Source: an uncultured archaeon
GTDB lineage: Archaea; Asgardarchaeota; Hermodarchaeia; Hermodarchaeales; Hermodarchaeaceae
Length of the DNA stretch: 64,000 bases
NCBI GenBank assembly: GCA_964347045.1
Contig: CAYFXC010000003.1
Location: 51,669 to 115,668, forward strand
Direction: 5' to 3'
Within the stretch, counting starts at the first letter, position 1; each line of letters starts with the position of its first letter. Below the pieces are notes generated by a model. The model was not told where the DNA came from and did not search any database. It saw only the letters and a program-made list of their open reading frames with translations. Positions 28,244-37,681 of this stretch are shown here, piece by piece. The position numbers and the translations under genes are program-made.

Positions 28244-28795
28244 TTGCCAAAGAGACCTAAATACAAAATAGAAAATGTAGTTGCAAGCGTCGAAGTCGAC
28301 GCAAAAATTGATCTCAATCTTCTTGCCCGTAAACAGCGGGATGCTGAATATAACCCCGAACAGTTTCCTGGGTTGATGCTCCGTGTGAAAAATCCAAAGG
28401 CTACTATTCTCGTCTTTAATAGCGGACGGATGGTCATCACAGGATTACGACGAGAGAGCGAAGCAGAGAAGGCCGTCGAAAACGTGATTGCCAAGATACG
28501 GAAAGCAGGGATCACAGTCTCCGGTAAACCCAAAATTACTATCCAAAATATCGTCGCTTCAGGTGATTTACACAGCCGCGTGGATCTCGATATGGCACAG
28601 ATGGCCCTAGAACGCTGTTTGTATGAACCCGAAGTCTTCCCGGGGCTTATCTACAGAATGAAGACTCCTAAAGCCGTTTTCCTAATCTTTAGTAGTGGAA
28701 GGATTGTTTGCGCTGGTACAAACAAAGAGACAATCACCCGCAAAGCAATCTATCTTTTAGCAGATCACATGCGTGATCTTGGGCTAATCGAATAA
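28244..28795 (+). CDS. tbp: TATA-box-binding protein
   Basis: It has two direct repeats (IENVVASVEV.../IQNIVASGDL...) and EQFPGL/EVFPGLIYRM motifs. Confidence 0.95.
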   Translation: MPKRPKYKIENVVASVEVDAKIDLNLLARKQRDAEYNPEQFPGLMLRVKNPKATILVFNSGRMVITGLRRESEAEKAVENVIAKIRKAGITVSGKPKITIQNIVASGDLHSRVDLDMAQMALERCLYEPEVFPGLIYRMKTPKAVFLIFSSGRIVCAGTNKETITRKAIYLLADHMRDLGLIE

Positions 28796-28828
28796 ATTGG
28801 AAGCCACTTTTTGGATCAAAAATATGGG

Positions 28829-29887
28829 TCATTCGTAAAGCTGACCAAGGGACTGTACACATTCTACTACTAATTGAACCGTTGATTCCAAATCTGAAAA
28901 CTGAATCATCGAGTTCGTCGTATGGAAATAACGTGTCGGCACAAGCAAAGCCGTTGTTTTACTGCCGGCTTTTGCTATTTCAACGGCTGCGGCATCAGTG
29001 CCAAAATGAACGGGCGCACGTAATGCGACCTCCTGCAATGGTATTCGATGCTTCTCAGCGATTTTAGCAATCCATGTATTCATCGTCTGAGAGGTCACAT
29101 GATATTGATCCGCTTTCAACAAGGTGGGTCCTTGACCCAGCTTAACAGGAATCAGACCCGGTTTAATGTCAGGATGATCCTCTGTTGGTGACACATCAAA
29201 GGCGATTCCAAAGTCTGGTTCAACCCTGAATGCCACAGATTTCGCTCCACGAGTTCCCAGTTCTTCTTGAACCGAAGCTACACCCACTACTTGCATTGCC
29301 AACTTCTCATTTTGGATTCGGCGAAAGGTTTCTATCATGGCCACCAGCCCTACCCGATTATCAAAACAGTTACCGAGAAATCGACCATTTGCGAGTTCAA
29401 TAAAATGTTTCTCTGCTGTAACATACTGCCCAATTTCAAATCCCATTGATTGCGCGTCATCAAAACTGTCTGCCCCACAATCAATGAACATTTGATCAAA
29501 TTCCGGTCGATAACCCTGTTGTAATTCTTTCATCGGAATAATGTGTGGGGCGACCAGGCCCACAACACCAGGTTTTTTCCCTTGATTTCCATGGACGATT
29601 ACCCGTTGCCCAAGAATGTTCCATCGGTGACCGACAAGTCGAGTAAACCGAAGGTATCCGTTATTGTCAATGTGAGTCAAAAGGAGTGCCCAATCTTCAT
29701 CTTGATGGGCAATCAGCATCAATGATTTTGCTTCCCTTCCATGTCGATTTACAATCACATTACCAAGGGCATCAACACGAAGTTCATCAACATAGGGTTC
29801 TAACTCTCGAGTGACAATCTGCCGAACTTCATTTTCACGACCTGGAGGCGCATCAGCAAGAACTAACTCATGTAACAAATCACGCAT
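28829..29887 (-). CDS. M42-family aminopeptidase (TET/FrvX-like)
   Basis: The length and motifs (DALGN, AHQDE, DNRVG, QEELGTRGA) are typical of M42. Confidence 0.85.
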   Translation of the reverse strand: MRDLLHELVLADAPPGRENEVRQIVTRELEPYVDELRVDALGNVIVNRHGREAKSLMLIAHQDEDWALLLTHIDNNGYLRFTRLVGHRWNILGQRVIVHGNQGKKPGVVGLVAPHIIPMKELQQGYRPEFDQMFIDCGADSFDDAQSMGFEIGQYVTAEKHFIELANGRFLGNCFDNRVGLVAMIETFRRIQNEKLAMQVVGVASVQEELGTRGAKSVAFRVEPDFGIAFDVSPTEDHPDIKPGLIPVKLGQGPTLLKADQYHVTSQTMNTWIAKIAEKHRIPLQEVALRAPVHFGTDAAAVEIAKAGSKTTALLVPTRYFHTTNSMIQFSDLESTVQLVVECVQSLGQLYE

Positions 29888-29890
29888 TTC

Positions 29891-30589
29891 TTATCTATCC
29901 TTACGATTGAGAATTTCAATTAACCGCGGAGGAAAATCAGTAATGATCCCATCAACACCGAAATCAATGAACTGATGCATCTCCTCAGGTTCATTTATCA
30001 CCCACGGATTAACCTTCAACCCCATTCGATGAGCTATACGAACAAACTGAGCATCAACCAAATGCAACTGAGGATTAATCGCAGAGCAACCCAATCCTTT
30101 TGCAACATCGACTGGGTTCTGCAAATCATACTCATACAAAAGGGCTGTAGCAATTTCATCGTTTAGGTTTCGGATCTTTTTCAATACCGGCTGAATAAAA
30201 GAAGAAATCATTATTCGATGAAGCAAATCATATTCTTGGATGAGATGTAGAAGTTGTGATTCGATATCGACTATTTTCACATCCAGATTGATTCTTAACT
30301 CATCGTATGATCTTACCAACTCAAAGAATTCAACCAAGGTAGGAATTCTTTCTGTGTCACTAACTTTCAAACCTTTTAGCTCATCCCAGGTGTGCTCTGC
30401 TACCTTACCGACTCCGTTGGAAAGACGTTCCAATGAAAAATCATGAATGAGAGCGAGTACCCCATCACTTGAACTACGGACATCACATTCAATACAATCT
30501 ACTCCCCAAGAAATGGCGGTTTGAAATCCTGTGAGGGTGTTTTCAAACGGGCCCGTTCCGACTCCTCGATGGGTAATCACCTGAACCAT
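29891..30589 (-). CDS. Glycerophosphodiester phosphodiesterase
   Basis: It has ITHRG, IECDVR and the HDFSLER motif. Confidence 0.85.
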   Translation of the reverse strand: MVQVITHRGVGTGPFENTLTGFQTAISWGVDCIECDVRSSSDGVLALIHDFSLERLSNGVGKVAEHTWDELKGLKVSDTERIPTLVEFFELVRSYDELRINLDVKIVDIESQLLHLIQEYDLLHRIMISSFIQPVLKKIRNLNDEIATALLYEYDLQNPVDVAKGLGCSAINPQLHLVDAQFVRIAHRMGLKVNPWVINEPEEMHQFIDFGVDGIITDFPPRLIEILNRKDR

Positions 30590-30803
30590 AGGATTACCTC
30601 GCGAATAATACGCGCGTTTATTATTTCAAATGACTATCAGTTTTAACGCTTATGTGATATTGCTGATATGCAAGATTAAAGGTGCTCCCATTTCAAAGGC
30701 CGTCAAATTCAATATAGATTTTTTAGAATATCGCTGAATGAATATTATTTCGACTGAAAAGTCAAAACTAACGTAATTTCGAATGAAATGGTTGAAAAAA
30801 CAA

Positions 30804-31199
30804 CTACTCTTCAGTTTTTTCCGCCTGCTCTGGCTCCTCTGATACTACGAATAAATGCTCATCATTCAAGGTGAAAGCGGCTAATTCAAACTTACCTGTC
30901 ATGGTTATTGCTTTCTTTGGGCAAACCGCCTCACAGGTTCCACACCAAATACAGCGGTCGAAGCGAAATTGGGGCTTCTTTTTGGTTTTAGTCTTCGTGG
31001 CTTCAACCATTTCGATGGCTGTTGCAGGGCAGTCGCGGCTGCAGAGTCCGCAGCCGGTGCATTTTTCGATATCGTGTTCGATTTTACCGCGGAGGCGTTC
31101 GGGGCGAACGGCTTCTTGAAAAGGATAGCGAATCGTGGCAGTTTTTCGTCTGAGGACGGTGCCAAGAATTTCGCCTTCCATTGCTCCAGGTCGTGGCAT
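30804..31199 (-). CDS. 2x[4Fe-4S] ferredoxin-type subunit of a group-4 hydrogenase / complex-I-like module (MbhN/NuoI-like)
   Basis: It has CTGCGLCSRDCP and CIWCGTCEAVCP, and it lies immediately downstream of the NuoH-like gene. Confidence 0.8.
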   Translation of the reverse strand: MPRPGAMEGEILGTVLRRKTATIRYPFQEAVRPERLRGKIEHDIEKCTGCGLCSRDCPATAIEMVEATKTKTKKKPQFRFDRCIWCGTCEAVCPKKAITMTGKFELAAFTLNDEHLFVVSEEPEQAEKTEE

Positions 31200-31211
31200 T
31201 TTTTTACACTC

Positions 31212-32393
31212 CTAAGGTAAGATGGCGACAATCCAGTCCATGATGAATGGCCAGGCTAAAAGGATGCCGACCATGAGGAGGCTGAAGGGAATAACCCATT
31301 TCCAGCTATCACGGGCGATTTGGTCAATTCGCCATCGAGAGAAGAGGGCTTTCATATTGGATAGGATCAAGACAATGGCGGTGGTTTTGACGATGAACCA
31401 GAAAGCGTAGTAAATGGCTGCAATTGCAGGATTGAGTAATAAGGGCATATTGGTGATAATCCAAGCCATATAATGTCCAGAGTTGATGGTGATCCCATGC
31501 ACGAAACCACCATTGGCAATGAAGATGAAGAAGATTTCTGGTCCAAGAGGGCCTCCCAGGAAAACGGCTGTACCCAATGCGGAGGCGAGGAGAACTTCAA
31601 AGTTATTGGAGAGTCGGAAGAAGGCAAGTTTCTTCCCGGAGAATTCGGTTTCCCAACCGCCAACAATTTCAGTTTCAGCAATGGGTGCATCAAAGGGTAT
31701 GCGTTCGGCTTCTGCTTGTGCAGCGATCAGGAAGACAATGAAGAGTCCAATGAATGCTGGGTTAAAGATTAGGGGTAACCCAAGGTTTGCTTGGTATACG
31801 ACGACGCCTGTAAGGCTCAAACTCCCTGCTACCATTCCCGCCGCAAACAGTGCGAGGAGTAACGGAATTTCATATGCGAGCATCTGGACGATGCCACGTA
31901 CTGCTCCAGTAAAGCCAAACCGGTTTGACGATGACCAGCCGGCGATAAACAGCATTATGGTGAACATAGTGCTGAAGAAGCCGATCATAAGTAAATCGCC
32001 TTCAAAATACATGATGCCCGTTACTGTAAAGAATGGCGTCTGAGAAATCGCTATCGGAACTAGCATAAGCACGGAGATGGGAATTGCCAAAGCTAGAATG
32101 GGGGTCAGCGTAAAGCCGATTTTATCTGCGGCTACTGGGGTTACATCCTCTTTAGCCATCAACTTGACAAAATCTGCGAAGGGTTGAAGGATGCCTCGCC
32201 AGCCTGTATGTAATGGACCGATGCGGTGGTGTTGGTCGGCATAGAATTTGCGGTCAATCCATTCAATATAGAAGGCATATCCTGTTAGGAACAGGAACCC
32301 AGGAAAGATTATAATCATCAGTAGTGTGACGATTGCATTCAATGGTGGGGGTAATAGCACCTGCACATTGCGCACTCTCCAGTGGGTCATCAA
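31212..32393 (-). CDS. Integral membrane subunit MbhM/EchB/NuoH-like
   Basis: It is a polytopic protein with NuoH-type motifs (DRKFYADQHHRIGP.., AEAERIPFD, E..GG..TEFSG). Confidence 0.85.
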   Translation of the reverse strand: MMTHWRVRNVQVLLPPPLNAIVTLLMIIIFPGFLFLTGYAFYIEWIDRKFYADQHHRIGPLHTGWRGILQPFADFVKLMAKEDVTPVAADKIGFTLTPILALAIPISVLMLVPIAISQTPFFTVTGIMYFEGDLLMIGFFSTMFTIMLFIAGWSSSNRFGFTGAVRGIVQMLAYEIPLLLALFAAGMVAGSLSLTGVVVYQANLGLPLIFNPAFIGLFIVFLIAAQAEAERIPFDAPIAETEIVGGWETEFSGKKLAFFRLSNNFEVLLASALGTAVFLGGPLGPEIFFIFIANGGFVHGITINSGHYMAWIITNMPLLLNPAIAAIYYAFWFIVKTTAIVLILSNMKALFSRWRIDQIARDSWKWVIPFSLLMVGILLAWPFIMDWIVAILP

Positions 32394-32584
32394 TATGATT
32401 CGCTTCTGCTAAAAAAGCCTTTTACTACCACAAGATTTTGCAGACACACAAGTTATACGATACTTATAACCAAGAAAATTATAGAATAGTTCAAGCTGTG
32501 GTGAAACAATTGCTCGACTTTCTCCAAGCTGGGCAATGAATGGGTATCCTCTTTGAAAAGCGATAATGGGACGTCGAATAAGAA

Positions 32585-33118
32585 ATGAGTGGTGTTCAAA
32601 ATTCTCGACTTGAAACGCTTCTCCTCATGGGCAGTAAAGCCTTCAAAGCTCAGACTTTACCTGTTGAAATTATCACTCGTCTCAACGCGGCCCTGGATCG
32701 AAATATGAGAATCATTGTTGGTGAAGCGCCTGGTGCAAATCATGTCTTCCAAGACTATTTGGCATCACAAAACTACCGCAACGTACTCGTTGGTCATGCA
32801 CGAAGCATTCGCTACAATGCAGGAAACTGGGAGACTAAACAATATGGCGACAATGTTCGTGAACGGGAAAAAGGAATGATTTCCGAATGCGATGAAGCCA
32901 TCATCATCTGGGTCAACAACAGCAGCGTCATCGCCACCAACCTCGAACGCCTTAAAGAACTCGGCATACCCACCTTTCTCTACGAATATTCTCAATCAAC
33001 ACAAAAAGCCCAAGCAGGTATGCTCGATCCCTCTCGTACCTATGACCCTAACTACCGCCGGTACAAATACTTCAAACGAAAAAATGCAAGCAACTACGAT
33101 ATGCCCCTAAACGGTTAA
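32585..33118 (+). CDS. Hypothetical Rossmann-like protein, possibly of the SLOG superfamily (DUF2493/YpsA-like)
   Basis: It shows a strand-loop pattern: LLLMGSKAF, RIIVGEAPGANHVFQDYL, DEAIIIWV. This resemblance was judged by eye only. Confidence 0.35.
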   Translation: MSGVQNSRLETLLLMGSKAFKAQTLPVEIITRLNAALDRNMRIIVGEAPGANHVFQDYLASQNYRNVLVGHARSIRYNAGNWETKQYGDNVREREKGMISECDEAIIIWVNNSSVIATNLERLKELGIPTFLYEYSQSTQKAQAGMLDPSRTYDPNYRRYKYFKRKNASNYDMPLNG

Positions 33119-33285
33119 TACTGATTTAACTTTCGAGTATTTTCATGGCTTCGTTTGGTCAAAAACGTCTTTTCATGGTAATGTGAAAGTGTGTTGTTCC
33201 ATCCCAACCAAAAGTTACTCTTTTTACCGTAAATACAGTAAAATTTATATTTAATGGAGTAATTTCGCAAAATGGTGAAAGCCAA

Positions 33286-33984
33286 GTGAAACGTTGGCCT
33301 CGAGTAAAAACTGTTGCTATCGCCGCCTTGATATCATTGGCAATTTTTTCTATAACGATTCTCAATTACCCTGAACCGTTGGTCCGTCGATTATCTTGGC
33401 TGACTCATCCAGGTGCCTATGCTATCTATACACGAGGACGGACCTACGAATTGACCAATGGGTCAATCCGTATGGACGTCATTGACGGCACACCAATTAC
33501 CACATCTATCCAAGTTTCAACATGGAACGGTTCACATTGGTGCACTCCAACCATTTTCCATGATCTCCCCATCCATCATTCTACCTCTTTTTGGGTAGCC
33601 AATGATCTTCTTGTCGGTGGTAGGCTCAACAACCTTATCATTAATCACACTTCGGAAATCCTTGAAATATGGCACGATTATGATGAAGCTGACGAAGGCA
33701 ACTCCGGACAATACGTTGTAAGTGTCAAATCCGTCACCCCAGGCCTCAGCCTCTTCGTTGGACGCTTTGCCGTCGAATGCGGATTAGTTACCGGCTGGTA
33801 CTACCCCGAATTCTACCGCCTATACGAAACCAACCTATTCCTCGGCATCTACACCCTCTTTATAGGCTACCCCATCTTCGGAATACTCGTCTTAGCCCCT
33901 GTCATCCTCATGATTACCTCAATCCTTCTCATCTACGAAGGCTTACGCTACCTCCAACACTTACCACGCAAATCCTTGAAATAA
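33286..33984 (+). CDS. Membrane protein with an N-terminal anchor, a beta-rich extracytoplasmic domain and two C-terminal TM helices
   Basis: The call is based on the hydrophobicity pattern. The start codon is GTG. Confidence 0.5.
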   Translation: MKRWPRVKTVAIAALISLAIFSITILNYPEPLVRRLSWLTHPGAYAIYTRGRTYELTNGSIRMDVIDGTPITTSIQVSTWNGSHWCTPTIFHDLPIHHSTSFWVANDLLVGGRLNNLIINHTSEILEIWHDYDEADEGNSGQYVVSVKSVTPGLSLFVGRFAVECGLVTGWYYPEFYRLYETNLFLGIYTLFIGYPIFGILVLAPVILMITSILLIYEGLRYLQHLPRKSLK

Positions 33985-34091
33985 AACTGAATTAAATGAA
34001 CCATCGATGCTAACTCATCAAAAGAAAATCTAATTTTGTAATCACTTGAAAGCGTAGAATCCAAAAACCCTGGAAACCTATAACTTACAGA

Positions 34092-35135
34092 ATGAAATGT
34101 CCACTCAAGGATCAAGGACTTGAACGCGGAGCCTGTCAAACCAGAACCTGTGATGGTCAGTCACAGCCTGCCTGTCAGGTAACCCTTCGAAAAAACAAAA
34201 ACGGAATGTTCGAACGACTTATACGATCTATGCATCTCAGTCGACCGGAAGACTACTTTTCCGTATACCAGAGTGGATGCAATCACACGTGTTTGAAATG
34301 TCATTCGGCGGAGTTCAGTAAAACAGCAAATGGCGAATGGATTTCCACACATGAATTAGCCCTCATTTCAAAAGACTATCGTCAAGAAGTAACTGTTTGG
34401 GAACCTCGAGAACGGGCAACCATGTGGCACGCAGGAACCCTTTGTAAGCATTGTGGATCCTGTCGACTCACCGGTCTTCACTCACCCCAATGCCCACAGA
34501 CACTAGACCCAACGCAAATTACCCGATCTGTCCAAGGCTATGGTCCTGCACGCAATATCATCGCCTTTACTGGGGGCGACTTAGGTTGTCACCCTGAGTA
34601 TTACGCTGAAGCAGCCCACGCCATCAAAACCGCTGCAGGAAACAATATGTGGGTGCTCTTCGAAACTAATGGGTATGCCTTAACACAACCGAATCTACAA
34701 ATTCTCAAGGACGGTGGTGTCGATGCCTTCTGGCTCGACATCAAAGCCCACAATCCCAAGATATACAAAAAACTCTGCGGCACCTCCAATAAAACAGTCT
34801 TAGACTCCATATCGTTGAGCCATGATGCAGGGTTTGTGCTTGAAATCCTCACCCTCTACATCCCCGGATGGGTGGAAACCGACCAACACACCGCCATTGC
34901 CCAACTCATCGCTGAAACTGACCCCACCATTCCTACAACACTCCTCGCCTTCTTTCCAACCTACCACCTTTCCCACGAAAAACCTCCTTCTCTTCAAGAA
35001 ATAGTCCAAAGTGCCCAAGCCATGCAACAACAAGGCCTAACCAACCTACGTCTAGGCAACATCGGCGTTTTTGTCAAAACCCAGTACGACTACGAATTTC
35101 TCACCACAAACTTGACAGACATATCCATCGGGTGA
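34092..35135 (+). CDS. Radical SAM protein (PflA-related, COG2108-like) with extra N-terminal Cys residues
   Basis: It has the CX3CX2C motif CNHTCLKC, a FTGGD motif and WLDIKA. Confidence 0.7.
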   Translation: MKCPLKDQGLERGACQTRTCDGQSQPACQVTLRKNKNGMFERLIRSMHLSRPEDYFSVYQSGCNHTCLKCHSAEFSKTANGEWISTHELALISKDYRQEVTVWEPRERATMWHAGTLCKHCGSCRLTGLHSPQCPQTLDPTQITRSVQGYGPARNIIAFTGGDLGCHPEYYAEAAHAIKTAAGNNMWVLFETNGYALTQPNLQILKDGGVDAFWLDIKAHNPKIYKKLCGTSNKTVLDSISLSHDAGFVLEILTLYIPGWVETDQHTAIAQLIAETDPTIPTTLLAFFPTYHLSHEKPPSLQEIVQSAQAMQQQGLTNLRLGNIGVFVKTQYDYEFLTTNLTDISIG

Positions 35136-35429
35136 AACAAAAAATCTAATCATAGCTATCGGCATACTCGATGTTCACGACCCGATAAGGCCACCAAGCT
35201 ACTACCGACCCCAAGCTTTTCCTCTTTCAACTCTTCACGATTCTGCTCCTGAATCCACGTCCATGGCTTCTTCTCCTCCAATCCATAAAAATACCCAAAG
35301 ATAATTCCGTTCAAACTGAACACGTAGCCTAATTAGCCATCACCATAAACACCCCCATTTTTCTGCCATAACATTTAACAACTGATGCTAATCTGAAACA
35401 TCATCATCACAGATTATTAGGGTAAGTCC

Positions 35430-36701
35430 ATGGTTCACCAAATCTTCAGACGGAATCTCGATAAATGCTGGAATTGTGGGTTTTGTACTGAAACGGTAGA
35501 TTGTCCGAGTCCCCAAGTATGTATTGGATGCCAAGCATGCTACTTGGCATGCTATAGAGAAGCTATCGAACCAATTGAACAAACATTGGACAATGAAATT
35601 ACAATTATGCTGGATGAAAAGCCTGTTACTGTACCAAGCCAAGTCACTATTAAAACGGCTCTTGAAACGCTGGGCATCCGATTTTCCCGGTTTCCTGATT
35701 CACACGACCTATTTACCCCTTGCCAGACTGGTGGGTGTTATTCCTGTTTAGTTTCCGTTGATGGTGAAATTCTTCCCTGCTGTCACACACCAGTAAAATC
35801 GGGTCAACACATTCGAACAAAGATAGCCGACGATTTCGTACCCCGCAGAATTGTTGGATGGTATAGCCCTCACCCAGTTGGCGGGGTTGGAACTCCGTGG
35901 AGTGCGAAAAATCTTGGCAGAACCCGGCACTCATACATTGAAGTAGCTTGTTTCAGCGCAGGGTGCAACCTTAGATGTAAAACTTGTCAGAACTTTGATA
36001 CAACCTATAATAGTCGTGCACCAGCCGTCACGCCCAATGAAGCTGCCGAAATCCTAACGAAACTTCGTCAGAAATCCCATGTCAACCGTCTTGCTATTTC
36101 GGGTGGTGAACCGACCCTCAACCGAAAGTGGCTGATCGAGTTTTTCAAGGAACTCAATCATCTCAACCCAGACCCGAAAGCCCGGTTGCATTTGGACACT
36201 AATGCCTCAATTCTGACTCCCGATTACATTGATGAACTAATATTGGCAGGTATAACTGACATTGGACCTGATCTGAAAGCCGTTCAGGTTGCTACTTACC
36301 AAACAATCACAAATATTTCCGACCCTAATCTAGCCCAAAAATATCTGGATACATCTTGGGCCGCTGTCAAACATCTGGCCAATCATTATTATCCAAATCA
36401 AATCTTCATGGGTGTTGGATTACCTTACAACGCGGCATTCTTTCCCTCTCAACAACAGAAAGAAACCGAACTTCACCAATGGGGAACCCGACTACATGCC
36501 ATTGATGATCGAATCCAAGTTTGCATTCTCGATTACCGTCCAACCTTCCGACGCCGAGATATCCACCGTCCAACAATTGAAGAAATACGAGCTGTCAAGA
36601 AGTTACTCGAAGGAGTAGGACTCCAAACAGTCATCGCCCAAACACAACTCGGTCACCTACCTCCCAAACAACCAGCGCCTGATCGTACACTGCCTCGATA
36701 G
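35430..36701 (+). CDS. Radical SAM protein fused to N-terminal 4Fe-4S ferredoxin-like and NuoG-type 2Fe-2S (Fer2_4-like) domains
   Basis: It has CWNCGFC...CP and CIGCQAC..C. It then has ITIMLDEKPVTVPS...CQTGGCYSCLVSVDGEILPCCH, followed by the radical SAM motif CNLRCKTC and ISGGEPTLN. Confidence 0.75.
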   Translation: MVHQIFRRNLDKCWNCGFCTETVDCPSPQVCIGCQACYLACYREAIEPIEQTLDNEITIMLDEKPVTVPSQVTIKTALETLGIRFSRFPDSHDLFTPCQTGGCYSCLVSVDGEILPCCHTPVKSGQHIRTKIADDFVPRRIVGWYSPHPVGGVGTPWSAKNLGRTRHSYIEVACFSAGCNLRCKTCQNFDTTYNSRAPAVTPNEAAEILTKLRQKSHVNRLAISGGEPTLNRKWLIEFFKELNHLNPDPKARLHLDTNASILTPDYIDELILAGITDIGPDLKAVQVATYQTITNISDPNLAQKYLDTSWAAVKHLANHYYPNQIFMGVGLPYNAAFFPSQQQKETELHQWGTRLHAIDDRIQVCILDYRPTFRRRDIHRPTIEEIRAVKKLLEGVGLQTVIAQTQLGHLPPKQPAPDRTLPR

Positions 36702-36814
36702 GGGCGTTCGAACTCACTGATGCATTCTAGCGAGATGAATGAAATCAGAGGCGCAGATAGACCTCTACCTTTCCAACCATTTAATTAGCTTTTTAGATAA
36801 AAGCGAAAAAAGAA

Positions 36815-37216
36815 CTACTCCTCTTTATCAAAATTGAGGGAGACCGAATTAATACAATAGCGTAACCCCGTCTTTTCTCTCGGGCCATCATCAAACACAT
36901 GTCCAAGATGCCCCCCACAATTCTTACATAGGACTTCTATTCGTCGCATACCATGCGAAAGATCGAGTTTCTCTTCAATTTTGTCTTTATCCAAGGCCTC
37001 ATAGAAGCTCGGCCAACCACAACGCGAATCAAATTTGGCTTCCGATGAAAAGAGTTCCACACCACACCCCGCACACTTGTAAGTACCCTTCTCTTTATAG
37101 TTCCAATACACACCACTAAAAGGTCGTTCTGTGCCCTTCTCGCGCAATACCCGATACTCTTCTTTTGATAATTTCCTCTTCCACTCTTCTTCGGATAACT
37201 CTCTTGCCTTCTTCAT
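36815..37216 (-). CDS. msrB: Peptide-methionine (R)-S-oxide reductase MsrB
   Basis: It has the zinc Cys pairs CAGC and CKNC, GWPSF, HLGHVFDDGP and the catalytic RYCINS. Confidence 0.9.
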   Translation of the reverse strand: MKKARELSEEEWKRKLSKEEYRVLREKGTERPFSGVYWNYKEKGTYKCAGCGVELFSSEAKFDSRCGWPSFYEALDKDKIEEKLDLSHGMRRIEVLCKNCGGHLGHVFDDGPREKTGLRYCINSVSLNFDKEE

Positions 37217-37356
37217 TTCAATCTATTATCTAGCAGCGACAAATCACTAATTGCCTTTCGCAATTACTAGCACCAACTGACTCGGAATCCTTCCTCAGCT
37301 GGTATGATTCAAGGAGATCCGAACTTGATGAGTGGTTCTTCGAAAGCCTAGAAAGA

Positions 37357-37623
37357 ATGAAACTAGAAGTAAGCGAATCTGGCTACGGCAATGTGAAACT
37401 ATCACGACCCTTCGATATTGAATATATACGGCGATTCTTCCAAGACATGGACGTCTATACAGAAGCCAACCTGGCCAGCATCATCGTGAAAAAGAATAGC
37501 AATATCTTCATCTATGCAGAACCAAACGACAGCCAAAGAATCGCCTTCGGCCCAGTCATGGACTATGAGCTCCTCGTCTTAGTCTTCAAATACATACGAC
37601 AGGTCATGACCCGCAACGCATAA
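37357..37623 (+). CDS. Hypothetical small protein
   Basis: This is an 88-aa ORF with no recognisable family. Confidence 0.35.
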   Translation: MKLEVSESGYGNVKLSRPFDIEYIRRFFQDMDVYTEANLASIIVKKNSNIFIYAEPNDSQRIAFGPVMDYELLVLVFKYIRQVMTRNA

Positions 37624-37681
37624 AGCCCAAGAAGATCTAATCCTTCTCTAAGTTCACTTTCAGACATTGGTCAAAGTTCCT

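Noticed and set aside
31483-32043. A 186-aa ORF antisense to the NuoH-like gene.
   Set aside because: This is a shadow ORF inside a confidently assigned membrane-subunit gene.
36702-36814. GGGGCGTTCGAACTC and a nearby 5-bp stem, considered as a tRNA fragment or terminator between the convergent radical SAM and msrB genes.
   Set aside because: No cloverleaf can be drawn, and the stems are short (5 bp) and unremarkable for a convergent intergenic spacer.
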